64,000 bases of DNA from Mobula birostris (taxonomy: Eukaryota), in NCBI RefSeq assembly GCF_030028105.1, contig NC_092375.1, positions 102,044,902 to 102,108,901 on the forward strand, given 5' to 3'. Both the position numbers and the translations under genes were made by a program. This document shows, in pieces, positions 1 to 11,440 of this stretch (positions within the stretch are counted from its first letter, which is position 1; the number at the start of each line of letters is the position of its first letter). The notes below the pieces were generated by a model that saw only the letters and a program-made list of their open reading frames with translations, made no database searches and was not told where the DNA came from.

Positions 1-81
1 AAAAATGGACTTTTTGTGTCCATTGTTGCACTAGTGCAGTGAAATGACTCAGAAGATTGTAATTCTTCATCACTAACTTTA

Positions 82-1030
82 TGTCACAGACCCCGTGAGG
101 GGGATAAAGAACCAACAGAGATGGAAAACACTTTGGAGTCTCGTATTGCTATAAACTAATAATATTTATTAGTAACTACGCAATACAGTAATATAAATGT
201 AAATAAATCAAACAGGTAAAAATAAGTGTGGAATATATATGTATGAAAAAACCAAGCTTCGTTAAGTCTAGGGGTAAAAAGGTACAGGTACGATGTTGAG
301 TAAAGTTCAGTTCAGTTCGTGGTATTTAGTTGAGTAGTGACGGGGAGAGAGAGAGTGAGTTGAGTCTTCAGGTGAGCTAATGCCGTTGATCTTCTCGTCA
401 TCCTCCGAAATCCTTTACAAGTCACCGACTGTGACTTTAACCAGGGGGACTGGTCTTCCTGTGGTGGAGCTATCACCCCGGCAAGGGTGGACACATAGAC
501 AACTCCCCACCAATCAACCCCTTCTTTACCGTTGGAATGGCAATTTGGATTGATCCGCCTGATTGATCCTCCAAAAACCCACTTTCTCTGTGGGCACAAC
601 AATGCTCATTCAATGTCCAGATCATGTGTCCTGAGGTCTGTATCATCTGACCTCCCATTTAATTCTCTGTGCTGAGCATCACCTGTCATTCAAAGAGTCC
701 CTCCCTCCTTTGTCTGTAAAGGAGTGCGCAAGCAGGCAACAAGTCCTTGGAAGAAATATCAACAATGTGTTGAAAATCATAGCATCGAGTGTCCATTAAT
801 TAACACTGCCTTCGGTCACCATAGCAACTTACGAGCTGCTCGGTGCTGTCTCCAACTCCAAACAGTAAAAATCTAAAGTTACTTCCAATGCCTTAAAGTG
901 ACAGTCCAACTGTTGATCTTCGTCTCTCTCTCTCTTTTCAAAAGCAACATATTGGTGGTAAATAACTGTCTCTCTCTCCTTTCCAAACAAACCATCAATG
1001 ATGAATGTCTCTCTCTGTCTCTCTTAAGTC
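82..1030 (-). mobile_element. LTR-like repeat (probable Gypsy-type LTR fragment), right boundary uncertain
   Basis: Starts with TGTCAC at 82. Minus-strand AATAAA at 165-170, CT-rich tracts internally, no ORF homology. No matching TGACA end with TSD was found. Confidence 0.4.
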
Positions 1031-1039
1031 AGTCGCGGC

Positions 1040-1455
1040 TCATCAGGGGAAATTGGGGGAGGTAATTTGGGAGGGAGAGGCTGACATCATGGCCCAAGTT
1101 AGGCGAGTCCATTCAATAATTGGAAAACGCACTTCATGCTCCTCATCAGCCTACCGTCCTTCCCTCCGTGCAATAGGGCACTCACCAATTATCAGCCTAA
1201 AGAACTCCCCTCCACTGTGCTCACCAAAAAGTGTTCAGCAATTATCAAGGGTTTATCACGCGTTTAAAAACTGAAAATGGACTCAAGCACGTAAAACACG
1301 GTCCTACTGCGCACTGCCATACTGGGATGAGAGTCCTTGAATGAGATTGCTAATGGGTCTTCTCGGTCATGTTGTGCAAAGTTCAAAAAACAATGTTTGT
1401 TTATTTTTTAATCGCGATCTCTTGCGGAACCCCTCAGGCTCCACCAAACCCTGGT
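1040..1455 (-). mobile_element. possible hAT (Charlie/Buster-like) DNA transposon subterminal region
   Basis: Ends in CGGAACCCCTCAGGCTCCACCAAACCCTGG, which resembles hAT-Charlie subterminal GGAACC repeats. Recognition only. Confidence 0.3.
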
Positions 1456-2194
1456 ACAGGGTTTGGAGATATGTTTGCTTGGAATTATAGTATTGAAGGC
1501 AGAGCTGTAATCATTAAACAGTAGTCTAATGTAGGTGTCTTTATTATGCAGGTGCTCCAGGGATGAGCATAGGCTAAGGTAGCCAAGGTTTCAGTGTAAG
1601 TCAAGTTACAGTGGGTGAAGATTGACTGGGATGCTGAAGTTGATGTGCATCATGACCAGCCAGAGCAATAAGTAATGGACAGGGTACTTGTGAGAATTCC
1701 CCTGCACTTTCTGTTAAGGTGGTTAATTTATTTAGTGCCATCAAATATTTAATTGGGTAATTTGACTTAATGATAGTGATAAAATAAGAAGCAGAGAAAA
1801 TGCTCTGTGGTTCAATCTGAGAACAGTAATTAGTCCAGATCTGCAATCTTACTGGTTGTGAAATAATTCTCATGTTTTAGGATGATGACAACTTTCTCAA
1901 ATAAGATCCCTGGAATATAGCAAAAGATGGGTTATAATTTTAGCTTTTATGTGTAGCTTTCATTGAACTGATATCTCTGAAACAGCATGTGGGATTTCTT
2001 TAGTATTTGGTCCATATTATTTAAACTACATTTGGCACATTTCTACAAAATGGATGAATACACTGAAGAGAATGTTGGTGCCACTTACCATTATATTTGC
2101 AATTCCAACTTATTATTGCTATTTACTGTAATATATTCTTCTCTTTATACTGTGCAATGTGCTTCCAGTTTTCACGTGAGTAATCAAGGATGCA

Positions 2195-2790
2195 AATTAA
2201 AGCAAAGATGTACTGCTGAGGCTTTATAAGGCATTGGTCAGAGTGTATCTGGAATACTGTGAGCAGTTTTGGGTCCTTATCTAAGAAAAGATGCGCTGGC
2301 ATAGGAGAGGATCCAGAGGAGGTTCATGAGGATGATCCCAGGAATTAAAAGGTTAATGTATGAGGAGCATTTGATGGCTCTGGGCCTGTACTCGATGGAG
2401 TTTAAAAAAATGAGTGGGGATCTCATTGAAACATATTGAAAGGCCTAAATAGAGTGGATGTGGTACACATATTTCCTATAGTGGGACAGTTTAGGACCAG
2501 AGGGCACAGACTCAGAATAGGTGGACATCCACTTAGAACAGAGATGAGGAATTTCTTTAGCTAGAGGTTGGTGAATCTGTGGAATTCATTGTCATAGACA
2601 GCTTTGGAGGCCAGGTCACTGGGTATATTTAAAGCAGAGGTTGGTAGGATCTTCAGTAGTCAGGGCATCAAAGGTCACAGGAAGAAGGGAAGAATGGGGT
2701 TGAGAGGGATTATAAATCAGCCGTGATGGGATAGCAGAGCAGACTCGATGGGCTGAATAGTCTAATTCTCTCCTATGTCTTATGGTCTTA
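2195..2790 (+). mobile_element. CR1-clade LINE (HER1-like), 3' fragment
   Basis: Degenerate LYKALVR..LEYC.QFW coding region, plus the 3' tail GCAGACTCGATGGGCTGAATAG...CCTATGTCTTATGGTCTT seen in other CR1 copies in the window. Confidence 0.85.
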
Positions 2791-3077
2791 ACAAAGGTGT
2801 TGGGTTTCTCCAAAAGCCCCAGTATAACACGTTTTGGTACATGATTGATCCCTCACAAACATCAATATTGCTAAAAATGAATCATGCATAGTAGTGCTTA
2901 TGCTATTTTACATGAGGGCATTTTAAAATTTGAAAATAATGTGTGATTAAATCAGTTAAAAGTTGTTTTATTCTCCTGTTTCTGCACAATCAAAGTAGCA
3001 AGGGGGTCCAGTTTTTGGCAATAGATTACTGGCTTGTGTTAGAGAACTAAGATATCTTTTGAAAACTCTTTATTTAG

Positions 3078-3197
3078 GTATCTCTGAATGGTAGACACAT
3101 TCTGGACTACCCGCATCGATTAGAAGATTGGAAGCCTGATACTGTTATGGTTTTTGGAGATATAGAAGTAGAAAGTATTGATGTTCTTAAACTTTGA
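3078..3197 (+). CDS. galectin-family carbohydrate-recognition domain, last coding exon (F4-type exon boundary)
   Basis: Acceptor ctctttatttag at 3066-3077. Phase-0 translation VSLNGRHILDYPHRLEDWKPDTVMVFGDIEVESIDVLKL* matches the galectin C-terminal pattern V.vNG.h...Y.HRl....d...v.GDi.v.si. A donor AAG|gtaaat follows at 3209/3210. No upstream CRD exons were found in the window. Confidence 0.75.
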   Translation, partial: VSLNGRHILDYPHRLEDWKPDTVMVFGDIEVESIDVLKL

Positions 3198-3286
3198 ATC
3201 TGAGACAAGGTAAATATGTTTAATTTCATGAATACAAAATTAAAGTAGTGAAGGGAAGATTATGTAAAGTAGTGCTGACAGCTTAA

Positions 3287-5255
3287 TATCAGAATCAGAT
3301 TCAGGTTTAATATCACCAGCATATGTTGTGAAATTTGTTAACTCTGCGGCAGCAGTACAGTGCAATACATAAGTAGTGCAAAAACAAAAATAAAGTAGTA
3401 GTGAAGTAGTGTTCATGGGTTCAATTTCCATTCAGAAATTGGATGGCAGAGGGAAAGAAGCTGTTCCTGAATCACTGAGTGTGTGCCTTCAGGCTTCTGT
3501 ACCTCCTCCTGATGGTAACAATGAGAGGAGGGCATGGGGCCTGTCCTGGGTAGTGGAAGCTGCTTATCTGAGGCATTTCCCCTTGGAGATGTCTTGGATA
3601 CTACAGAGGCTAGTACCCATGATTGAACTGACTAATTTTACAACTCTCTGTAGCTTACTTCGATCCTGTGCAATAGCCCCCCCCCCCCCAATTCCAGATG
3701 GTGATGCAGCCAGTCTGAATGCTTCTATGGTACATCTATAGAAGTTTTTGAGATTTTTAGGTGACAAGCCAAATCTCCTCAAACTCCTGATGAAATGCAG
3801 CTGCTATCTTGTCTTCTTCATAGCTGCATTGATATCTCTGGACCAGGTTAGATCCCCAGGAACTTGAAATTGCTCTCTCTCTCCACTTCTGATCCCTCTG
3901 AGGATTGGTTTGTGTTTCCTTCTCTTACCCTTTCCGAAGTTCACAATTAGCTCTTTGGTCTTACTGATGCTGAGTGTTGTTGCTGCGACCCTACTCAACT
4001 AGCTGGTATATCTTACTCCTGTACTCCCCCTCATCACCATTTGAGATCCTGGCAGCAATGGTTGTATCTCAGCAAATATATGGATGGCATTTGAGCTATA
4101 CCTAGCCACATAGTCACGGGTATAGAGAGAGCAGAGCAGTGGTCTAAGCACACACCCCTGAGGTGTTGCAGTGTTGATTATGAGCGAGGTAAAGATTTTA
4201 TTACCAATTTGCACAGATTGTGGTTTTCTGGTTAGGAAGTTGAGGATTCAGTTGCAGAGGGAGGTACAGAGTCCCAGGTTCTGTAGCTTTTTGATCAGGA
4301 CTGTAGGACTGATGATTTTAAACACTGAGCTATAGTTAATGAACAGCATCCTGACATAGGTATTTGTATTGTCCATGTGATCCAAGGCTGTGTGGAGAGC
4401 CATTGAGATTGCATCCATTGTAGACCGATTGTGGCGATAGGCAAACTGCAGTGGGTCTAGGTCCTTGCTGAGACAGGAGTTCATTTTAGCCATGACCAAC
4501 TTCTCAAAGCATTTCATCACCGTAGATATGAGTGCTACTGGCCGATAGTCATTAAGGCAGCTCACACTGCTCATGTTGAGCACTGGTATAATGATTGCCC
4601 TTTTGAAGGAGTTGGGTACTTCTGACCACAGCAGTGAGATTGAAAATATCTTTGAATACCCCCACTAATTAGTTGGCGCATTTTCAGAGCCTTACCAGGT
4701 ACTCCATCGGGGGTCTTTGCAAGCCTCACCCTACCGTCAGCCTCCGAGACGGAGATCACAGGGTTCAGGGATCTTACGGCTGTAGTTTTATCCTCCTTCT
4801 CAAAGCGAGCATGAAAGGCATTGAGCTCATCTGGTAGTGAAGCATCGCTGCCATTTATGATACTGGATTTTGCTTTGTAGGAAGTAATGGCCTGCAAACC
4901 CTGCCAGAGTTGAGATGTCGCCACCAGACTCACTCAGAGTTGTTTCTTAGCTCCTGATATAGGCATACAAGTCATACCTGGTTTTTCATACAGGCTTGGG
5001 TCACCAGACTTAAATGCCACAGATCTAGCCCTTAGCAGACTACAAACTTCCTGATTCATCCATGGCTTTTGGTCTGGGAATGTACAGCAAGTTTTCATAG
5101 GCACACACTCGTCCACACAGGTGTTAATGAAGTCAGTGACAACTGCAGCGTATTGATCCAGACTTCAAGATGAATGCCTGAATACAGTCCAGTCCACCAA
5201 TTCAAAGCAGTCCTTCAAGCGCTCTTGTGCTTCCCTTGTCCATACCTTGGTCCTC
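3287..5255 (-). mobile_element. Rex1/Babar-type non-LTR retrotransposon, 5'-truncated, frameshifted RT
   Basis: Collinear ORF pieces: QKPWMNQEV, LNDYRPVALISTVMKCFEKLV, DPLQFAYRHNRST, PQGCVLRPLL, SKTKELIVNF, NFYRCTIE. 3' tail of GATTCT-like repeats at ~3287-3305. Confidence 0.9.
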
Positions 5256-5984
5256 AATACTGGTCAGTCTCCTGTCTATACTATAAACAACCATGCATGC
5301 TATGTGAAATGATTGGACTATTTTCCAGTATTTTTCCAATACTCATAATATTTCTGAAATCTTAATTGCTGGTGTCATTTAGTATGCAGGAATATGCAGT
5401 CTGTGAAAGATATGTCCATGAACAGTTACAAATCAGCTTAGCTTTGAAGGAATGGTTAAAATATGGAAATAAATTTAAATCATCCTAAAAGTACAGACTG
5501 GACTTTCACTGCTCAGTTGGGTGTAGAAAGGATAACAAATGTAAAGCTACTCACTTTACATCGCAAACATTAAAATGCATTATTTTTTATATTCACAAAC
5601 TTAGATAAGTTGCCCTTGTAACAAGTTTTTCAAATATATAATTGATGTGATATAGAAAGAAAGAAATGCACTCCACATTTGGGCACCCATCACTCATACT
5701 ATATGTTCACACTGTTAAGATACTTGAGAAACATGAAATTAGCATCATCATTAGTTCCGGCTTGATTGCTGACCTGAGTATTACTGAGGAAATTAAGAGA
5801 AAGGCCGCTCCCATCTGGAAACACATGGGATTTCATGTAGAAGAACACAGCAGTTAAATGCAAAAGTTACCAGAATCATGGAATACAAGCTTAATATCAA
5901 GCATATCATCTGCAAGTTTTCTGATGGCACTCTGGTTTTCTGAGGGTCTGAATTATCAGCAGAAGTTGGGCAGATTGGGACTTA

Positions 5985-6506
5985 ATTGAGGGGTGGTCAT
6001 GTAGTGGTGTATAAAAGCAGGAGAGATAGAGACAGGATGAGTGCACATGGTCCTTTCCCTGGGGAGGAGGAACAAAACTTGGAGGGCATAGGATTAAGGT
6101 GAGAGGTGAAAGATTCAAAAGGGAATTGAAGAACAACTTCATGCAGAGGGTGATGCATATTTGGAATGAGCTACCAGAGGAATTGTTTAAGACAGGTACA
6201 ATAATAACATTTAAAAGACATTTATATTAGGAGGGACATGGGCAAATCCTGCTTCCGTCTGGCAAATGGTACCGCAGCATTGCAGCCAGAACCAACAGGA
6301 TATGGTACAGCTTCTTTCTACAGGCCACTAGACTTGTAAATCCACATGTCTGTATATTGTGACAGAGTCATTACGCAAATATGTTTATCATGTTCTGGGA
6401 TGGATGTGAGATTTAAATAAATTCCAAGTTCAAATTCAAATGAGACTAACTTCGTGGGCACTATGATCAACATGAACAAGTTGGGCCAAATGGCCCATTT
6501 CTATGC
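5985..6506 (+). mobile_element. old CR1 3' fragment interrupted by a Rex1-like 3' end (~6250-6440)
   Basis: CR1 3' motifs (GAGGGCATAGGATTAAGGTGAGAGG, TGGAATGAGCTACCAGAGG, GGGCCAAATGGCCCATTTCTATGC). The insert ends in AATAAATTCCAAGTTCAAATTCAAAT. Confidence 0.6.
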
Positions 6507-6591
6507 AAACACGAGAAAATCTGCAGATGCTGGAAATTCAAGCAACACATACAAAATGCTGGTGGAACACAGCAGCATTTTGTGTGTGTTG
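6507..6591. mobile_element. short Penelope pseudo-LTR-derived insertion with inverted repeat and 16-bp flanking duplication
   Basis: CTGCAGATGCTGGAAA...CAACACATACAAAATGCTG / CAGCATTTTGTGTGTGTTG hairpin (6543-6561 vs 6573-6591). TGGCCCATTTCTATGC occurs at 6491-6506 and 6590-6605. Confidence 0.75.
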
Positions 6592-8390
6592 GCCCATTTC
6601 TATGCTGACTCTGATCAAGCTGAGTGGAAATGAAAGTTTGGATGAAGGTGCAAAGTGACATCAAGAGGATACGGAAAAGTGAATGGCAATGTTGTGGCAG
6701 GTAGGCTATAATGTGGAAAAATGTGAAGTTATCTACTTCAGTATTTTTCTTCAGGTAGTGAGAGATTGAGAAATGCTGATATTCAAAGTATATGCTGTAC
6801 ATAAGTAAGTGAACGCTAAAATGCAGTTTCAGCAAGTAATTTGGGAGGCAATTGGTATGGTGGCATTTATTACAAGAGGATTTGAGTAAAAGCATAAAAT
6901 TGTACAATGGCAATTATTTAGCTCATTGGTGATATCATACCTGAAGTTTTTTTTTAAAATACAGTTTTGATTCTCTAATCTAAAGATGGATGTACCTGAG
7001 GAAAGGCAGTAATGATTCACTGGACTGGTTCCTGGTATTGTTGTTTTGTCATATTAGGAGGAATAGTTAAGGGCATTTTTCTCCAGAGTTTAGATGAATG
7101 ACAGGTGACCTCAGACATAACAAAATCTTAGAGGGCTTGATAGATAGATTTGGAGAGGATGTTTTATCCTGGCTGAGTAGCCACAGTTTAAAAAAGGAAG
7201 ATGTTGCAGTCAATTGTTAAGGATATGGTTTCGGGGTACTTGGAGGCACATGATAAAATAGGCATGGTTTCCTCAAAGGAAAAGCTAGGCTGACAAATCT
7301 GTTGGAATTGTTTGAGCAAGATAGACAAAGGAGAATTGGTGGATGTTATGTACTTGTATTTTCAGAAGGACTTTGACAAGGTGTCATGTGTGAGGCTGCT
7401 TAACAAGTTGCAAACCCATGGTATTACAAGAAAGATTCTAGCATGGATAAAGCAGTGGCTGATTGGCAGGAGGCAAAGACTGTGAATAAAGCCTTTTCTG
7501 GTTGGCTGCCTATGACTAGTGGTGTTCCACAGGGGTCTGTGTCCAAAGGGGAATATGTCAATGACTTAGGTGACAGAATTAATGGCTCTGTGGCAAAGCT
7601 TGCAGTTGATACAAAGATAGGTGAAGGGCAAGTGGTTTTGAGGAAGTAGAGTGGCTTCAGAAGGACTTAACACATTGGGAGAATGGGCAAAGAAGTGACA
7701 GATGAAATAGAGTGGTGAGAAGTGTATGGTCATGTACTTTGGTAGAAGAAATAAAAACAGACTATTTTCTAAATGGAGAGAAAATTCAAATATTTACGGC
7801 AAGAAGAGATTTTGGGAGTTTTGACATCGGTGGTTGGAAAGTTGTTGGAGTCGATTGTCAAGGATGATGTTACGGAGTACCTGGAGGCATATGACAAGAT
7901 AGGCAGAACTCAGCATGGTTTCCTTAAAGGAAAATCCTGCCTGACAAACCTGTTATAATTTTTTGAGGAAATTACAAGTAAGCTAAACAAGGGAGATGCA
8001 GTGGATGTTTTATATTTGGATTTTCAGAAGGCCTTTGACAAGGTGCCACACATGAGGCTACTTAACAAGATAAGAGCCCATGGAATTACGGGAAAGTTAC
8101 ATATGTGAATAGGGCATTGGCTGATTGGCAGGAAACAGAGAGTGGGAATAAAGGGATCCTATTCTGGTTGGCTGCTGGTTACCAGTGGTGTTCCACAGGG
8201 GTCCGTGTTGGGGCCGCTTCTTTTTATGTTGTACATCAACGATTTGGATTATGGAATAGATGGCTTTGTGGCTAAGTTTGCTGATGATACAAAGATAGGT
8301 GGAGGGGCCGGTAGTGCTGAGGAAACAGAGAGTCTGCAGAGAGACTTGGATGGATTGGAAGAATGGGCAAAGAAGTGGCAAATGAAATAT

Positions 8391-8900
8391 AAGCAACACA
8401 CATAAAAGTTGCTGGTGAACGCAGCAGGCCAGGCAGCATCTCTAGGAAGAGGTACAGTCGACGTTTCAGGCTGAGACCCTTCGTCAGAACTAACTGAAAG
8501 AAGAGCTAGTAAGAGATTTGAGAGGGGGAGGGGGAGATCCAAAATGATAGGAGAAGACAGAAGGGGGAGGGATGGAGCCAAGAGCTGGACAGTTGATTTG
8601 CAAAAGGGATATGAGAGGATCATGGGACAGGAGGCCCAGGAAGAAAGAAAAGGGGGAGGAGGGGCAGAGGATGGGCAAGGGGTATAGTGAGAGGGACAGA
8701 GAGAGAAAAAGGAGAGAGAGAAAAAGAATGTGTATATAAATAACAGATGGGATACAAGGGGGAGGTGGGGCATTAGCGGAAGTTTGAGAAGTCAAACCTC
8801 CTTAGGACACCCCACCTATGATCCCCACCTCCCCCTCGTACCCCATCCGTTATTTATTTATATACATGCATTCTTTTTCTCTCTCTCTCCTTTTTCTCCC
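8391..8900 (-). mobile_element. Penelope-like element pseudo-LTR with a terminal inverted segment
   Basis: 8391-8795 is near-identical to 51834-52245, which adjoins a GIY-YIG ORF. 8820-8900 is the reverse complement of ~8695-8772. Confidence 0.85.
8456..8491 (-). ncRNA. minimal type I hammerhead ribozyme motif (Penelope-associated)
   Basis: Minus strand reads AGUU-CUGACGA-AGGGUCUCAGCCU-GAAA-CG-UC-GACU. Core CUGANGA/GAAA/GUC is intact, stem I is AGUU:GACU (one GU pair), stem II is AGG:CCU, and stem III is the palindromic ACGU. Confidence 0.7.
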
Positions 8901-9008
8901 AATGGGACTTGGGAGTCCTCGTGCAGGATACCCTTAAGGTTAACCTCCAGGTTGAGTCGGTGGTGAACAAGGTGAATGCAATGTTGGTATTCATTTCTAG
9001 AGGAATAG

Positions 9009-9360
9009 TTTATACTTTATCGTTGCCAAACAATTGGTACTAGAACGTACAATCATCACAGCGATATTTGATTCTGCGCTTCCTACTCCCCGGATTAAAA
9101 ATATTAAATATTAAAAATAGTAAAAATTACTAAATATTAAAATTTTAAATTATAAATCATAAATAGAAAATAGAAAAGTGGAAAGTAAGGCGGTGCAAAA
9201 AAACCCAGAGGCAGGTCAGTATATTTGGAGGGTACAGCCCAGATCTGGGTCAGGATCTGTTCAGCAGTCTTATCACAGTTGGAAAGAAACTGTTCCCAAA
9301 TCTGGCCGTACGAGTCTTCAAGCCCCTGAACCTTCTCCCGGAGGGAAGAGGGACGAAAAG
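9009..9360 (-). mobile_element. Rex1/Babar-type LINE 3' end
   Basis: Encodes LPSGRRFRGLKTRTARFGNSFFPTVIRLLN. Its 3' UTR is the same family as 53527-54078. Confidence 0.8.
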
Positions 9361-11299
9361 TGTATAGGAGCAGGGATGTGATGTTGAGGCTCTATAAGGC
9401 GCTGGTGAGACCTCACTTGGAGTACCGTGGTCAGTTTTGGTCTCCTTATTTAAGAAAGGCTGTGCTGACATTGGAGAGGGTACAGAGAAGATTCACTAGA
9501 ATGATTCTGGGAATGAGACGGTTAACATATGAGGAAAACGTTTGTCCGCTCTTGGATTGTATTCCTTGGAGTTTAGAAGAATGATGGGGGACCTCATAGA
9601 AACATTTCAAATGTTGAAAGGCATGGACAGAGTGGATGTGGCAAAGTTGTTTCCCATGATGGGGGAGTCTAGTACGAGAGGCATGACTTAAGGATTGAAG
9701 GGCGCCCATTCAGAACACAGATGCAAAGAAATTTTTTTTAGCCAGAGGGTGGTGAATCTATGCAATTTGTTGCCACGGGCAGCAGTGGAGGCCAAGTCAT
9801 TGGATGTATTTAAGGCAGAGATTGATAGGTATCTGAGTAGCCAGGGCATCAAAGGTTATGGTGAGAAGGTGGGGGAGTGGGACTAAATGGATCAGCTCAT
9901 GATAAAATGGCGGAGCAGACTCAATAGGCCAAATGGCCGACTTCTGCTCCTTTGTCTTATGGTCTTGTCTTTTCTTATGGAGTTCTTGTGCAGGATTCCT
10001 TAAAGGTTGATTTGCAGGTTGAGTTGGTGAAAAGGAAGCTGAATGGAATGTTAGCATTCATTTCGAGAGGACTAGAATATAAAAGCAAGGATGTAATATT
10101 AAGGCTTTATAAAGCACTGGTGAGGCCTCACTTGGTGTTGTGAGCAGTTTTGGGCCCCTTATCTCAGAAAGGATGTGCTGACACAGAGAGGGTTCAGAAG
10201 AGGCTCATGAAAATGGTTATGGTATTGAAAGGTTTGTCATATGAAGATCGTTTGATGGCTCTGGTCCTGTGACTGGAATTCAGAAGAATGAGGGGTGACT
10301 TCATTGAAACCTATTGAATATTGAAAGGGTGGATGTGGAGAGCATGTTTCCTATGGTGGGGGAGTCCAAGACCAAAGGACACAGCCTCAAAATTGAGAGG
10401 TGTCCTTTTAGAATGGAGATGAGAAATTTCTTTAGCCAGAGAGTGGTAAATCTGTGGAATTTGTTGCCACAGCCAGCTGTGGAGGCCAACTCATTGAATA
10501 TATTTAAGGCAGAGGTTGATAGATTCTGGATTAATCAGGACATGAAAGGATTTGGGGAGAAGGCACGAGATTGGGGCTGAGAGGAAAAATGGATCAGCCA
10601 TGATGAAATGGCAGACAGAGCAGACTCGATGGGCCAAATAGCCTTAAATTCTGCTCCTATATCTTATGGTCTTATGAGATGTTTAGAACTGAAATAAAGA
10701 GGAATTCCAATACTTAAAGAATGGTAGATCTTTGGAATTCTCTAGCCTGTAAGGCTATGGGCATTGATTCCATTCAAAGTTGTGAGAAATTTCTTGTTAA
10801 TAGATGAATCGAGAAATATATGGGCTAGGTCAGAAAAAGAGAGCTGGGGTAGAAGGTTAGTTGTGATCTTGTTGAATGGCAGAGCATGCTTGAGGGACTG
10901 AATTACCTTTTCTTGCTCCTATTTTTTTATGGTAGTCCACCTCCATTAATCTCTATTGTAGTGCCATTTGCCTTGTACTGTATTTATCTCCAATTCATTA
11001 TAGTATAATTATAGACTTTATTTAATATCAATTAATTTATAATTTATTACATTGGAATTAAACAGTGCATTTATATTAATTTGCTATACTGCAATTAACA
11101 GTTCAGTTATAATATGTTATACTGCAATTAAATGTTACATTTGTATTCAGTTTGTAAATTCCTCGCCTTGTATACCCAAACCTTCCATAGTAGGGTTAAC
11201 ACATACAAACTGCTGGAAGAAATCAGCAAGGTTGAATTACACATCAGGTTTAAAGGGGAATAAACAGTCAACTTACAGAGCCTCTGCCACTTTCCTTTC

Positions 11300-11440
11300 A
11301 AATCCTGATGAGGGTCTCGGCTCAAAACGTCGACCACTTATTCCCCTCCATAGATGTTGTCTGACATACTGAGTTCCTCCAGCATTTATTTTGTGTGTAT
11401 TGCTCAAGATTTCCAGCATCTGCAGAATTTCATGTGTTTC
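11300..11440 (+). mobile_element. Penelope pseudo-LTR remnant with decayed hammerhead motif
   Basis: CTGATGAGGGTCTCGGCTCAAAACGTCGAC (GAAA changed to AAAA), followed by CTGAGTTCCTCCAGCA...CCAGCATCTGCAG. Confidence 0.75.

Larger units (their letters stand above)
7821..9978 (+). mobile_element. younger CR1 LINE, itself interrupted by Penelope and Rex1 insertions
   Basis: [49 protein letters not shown] and LYKALVRPHLEY motifs. 3' tail at ~9915-9978. Confidence 0.85.
7200..10676 (+). mobile_element. older CR1 LINE (7200-7820 and 9979-10676) split by a younger CR1
   Basis: RT motifs ([17 protein letters not shown]) run to 7820. The element resumes at GGAGTTCTTGTGCAGG (9979) and ends in the CR1 tail at ~10676. 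GGAGTT is duplicated at 7815-7820 and 9979-9984. Confidence 0.75.

Noticed and set aside
1444-1466. Perfect 10-bp inverted repeat CCAAACCCTG-gta-CAGGGTTTGG
   Set aside because: Too short to interpret, and probably a transposon end or repair scar.
1552-1601. Exon-like segment (ttattatgcag ... gtaagt)
   Set aside because: Stops occur in all three frames and there is no galectin similarity. It could be non-coding, but nothing supports that.
8249-8795. ORFs such as SPDEGSRPETST (also 51784-52236)
   Set aside because: Incidental translations of the Penelope pseudo-LTR and hammerhead sequence.
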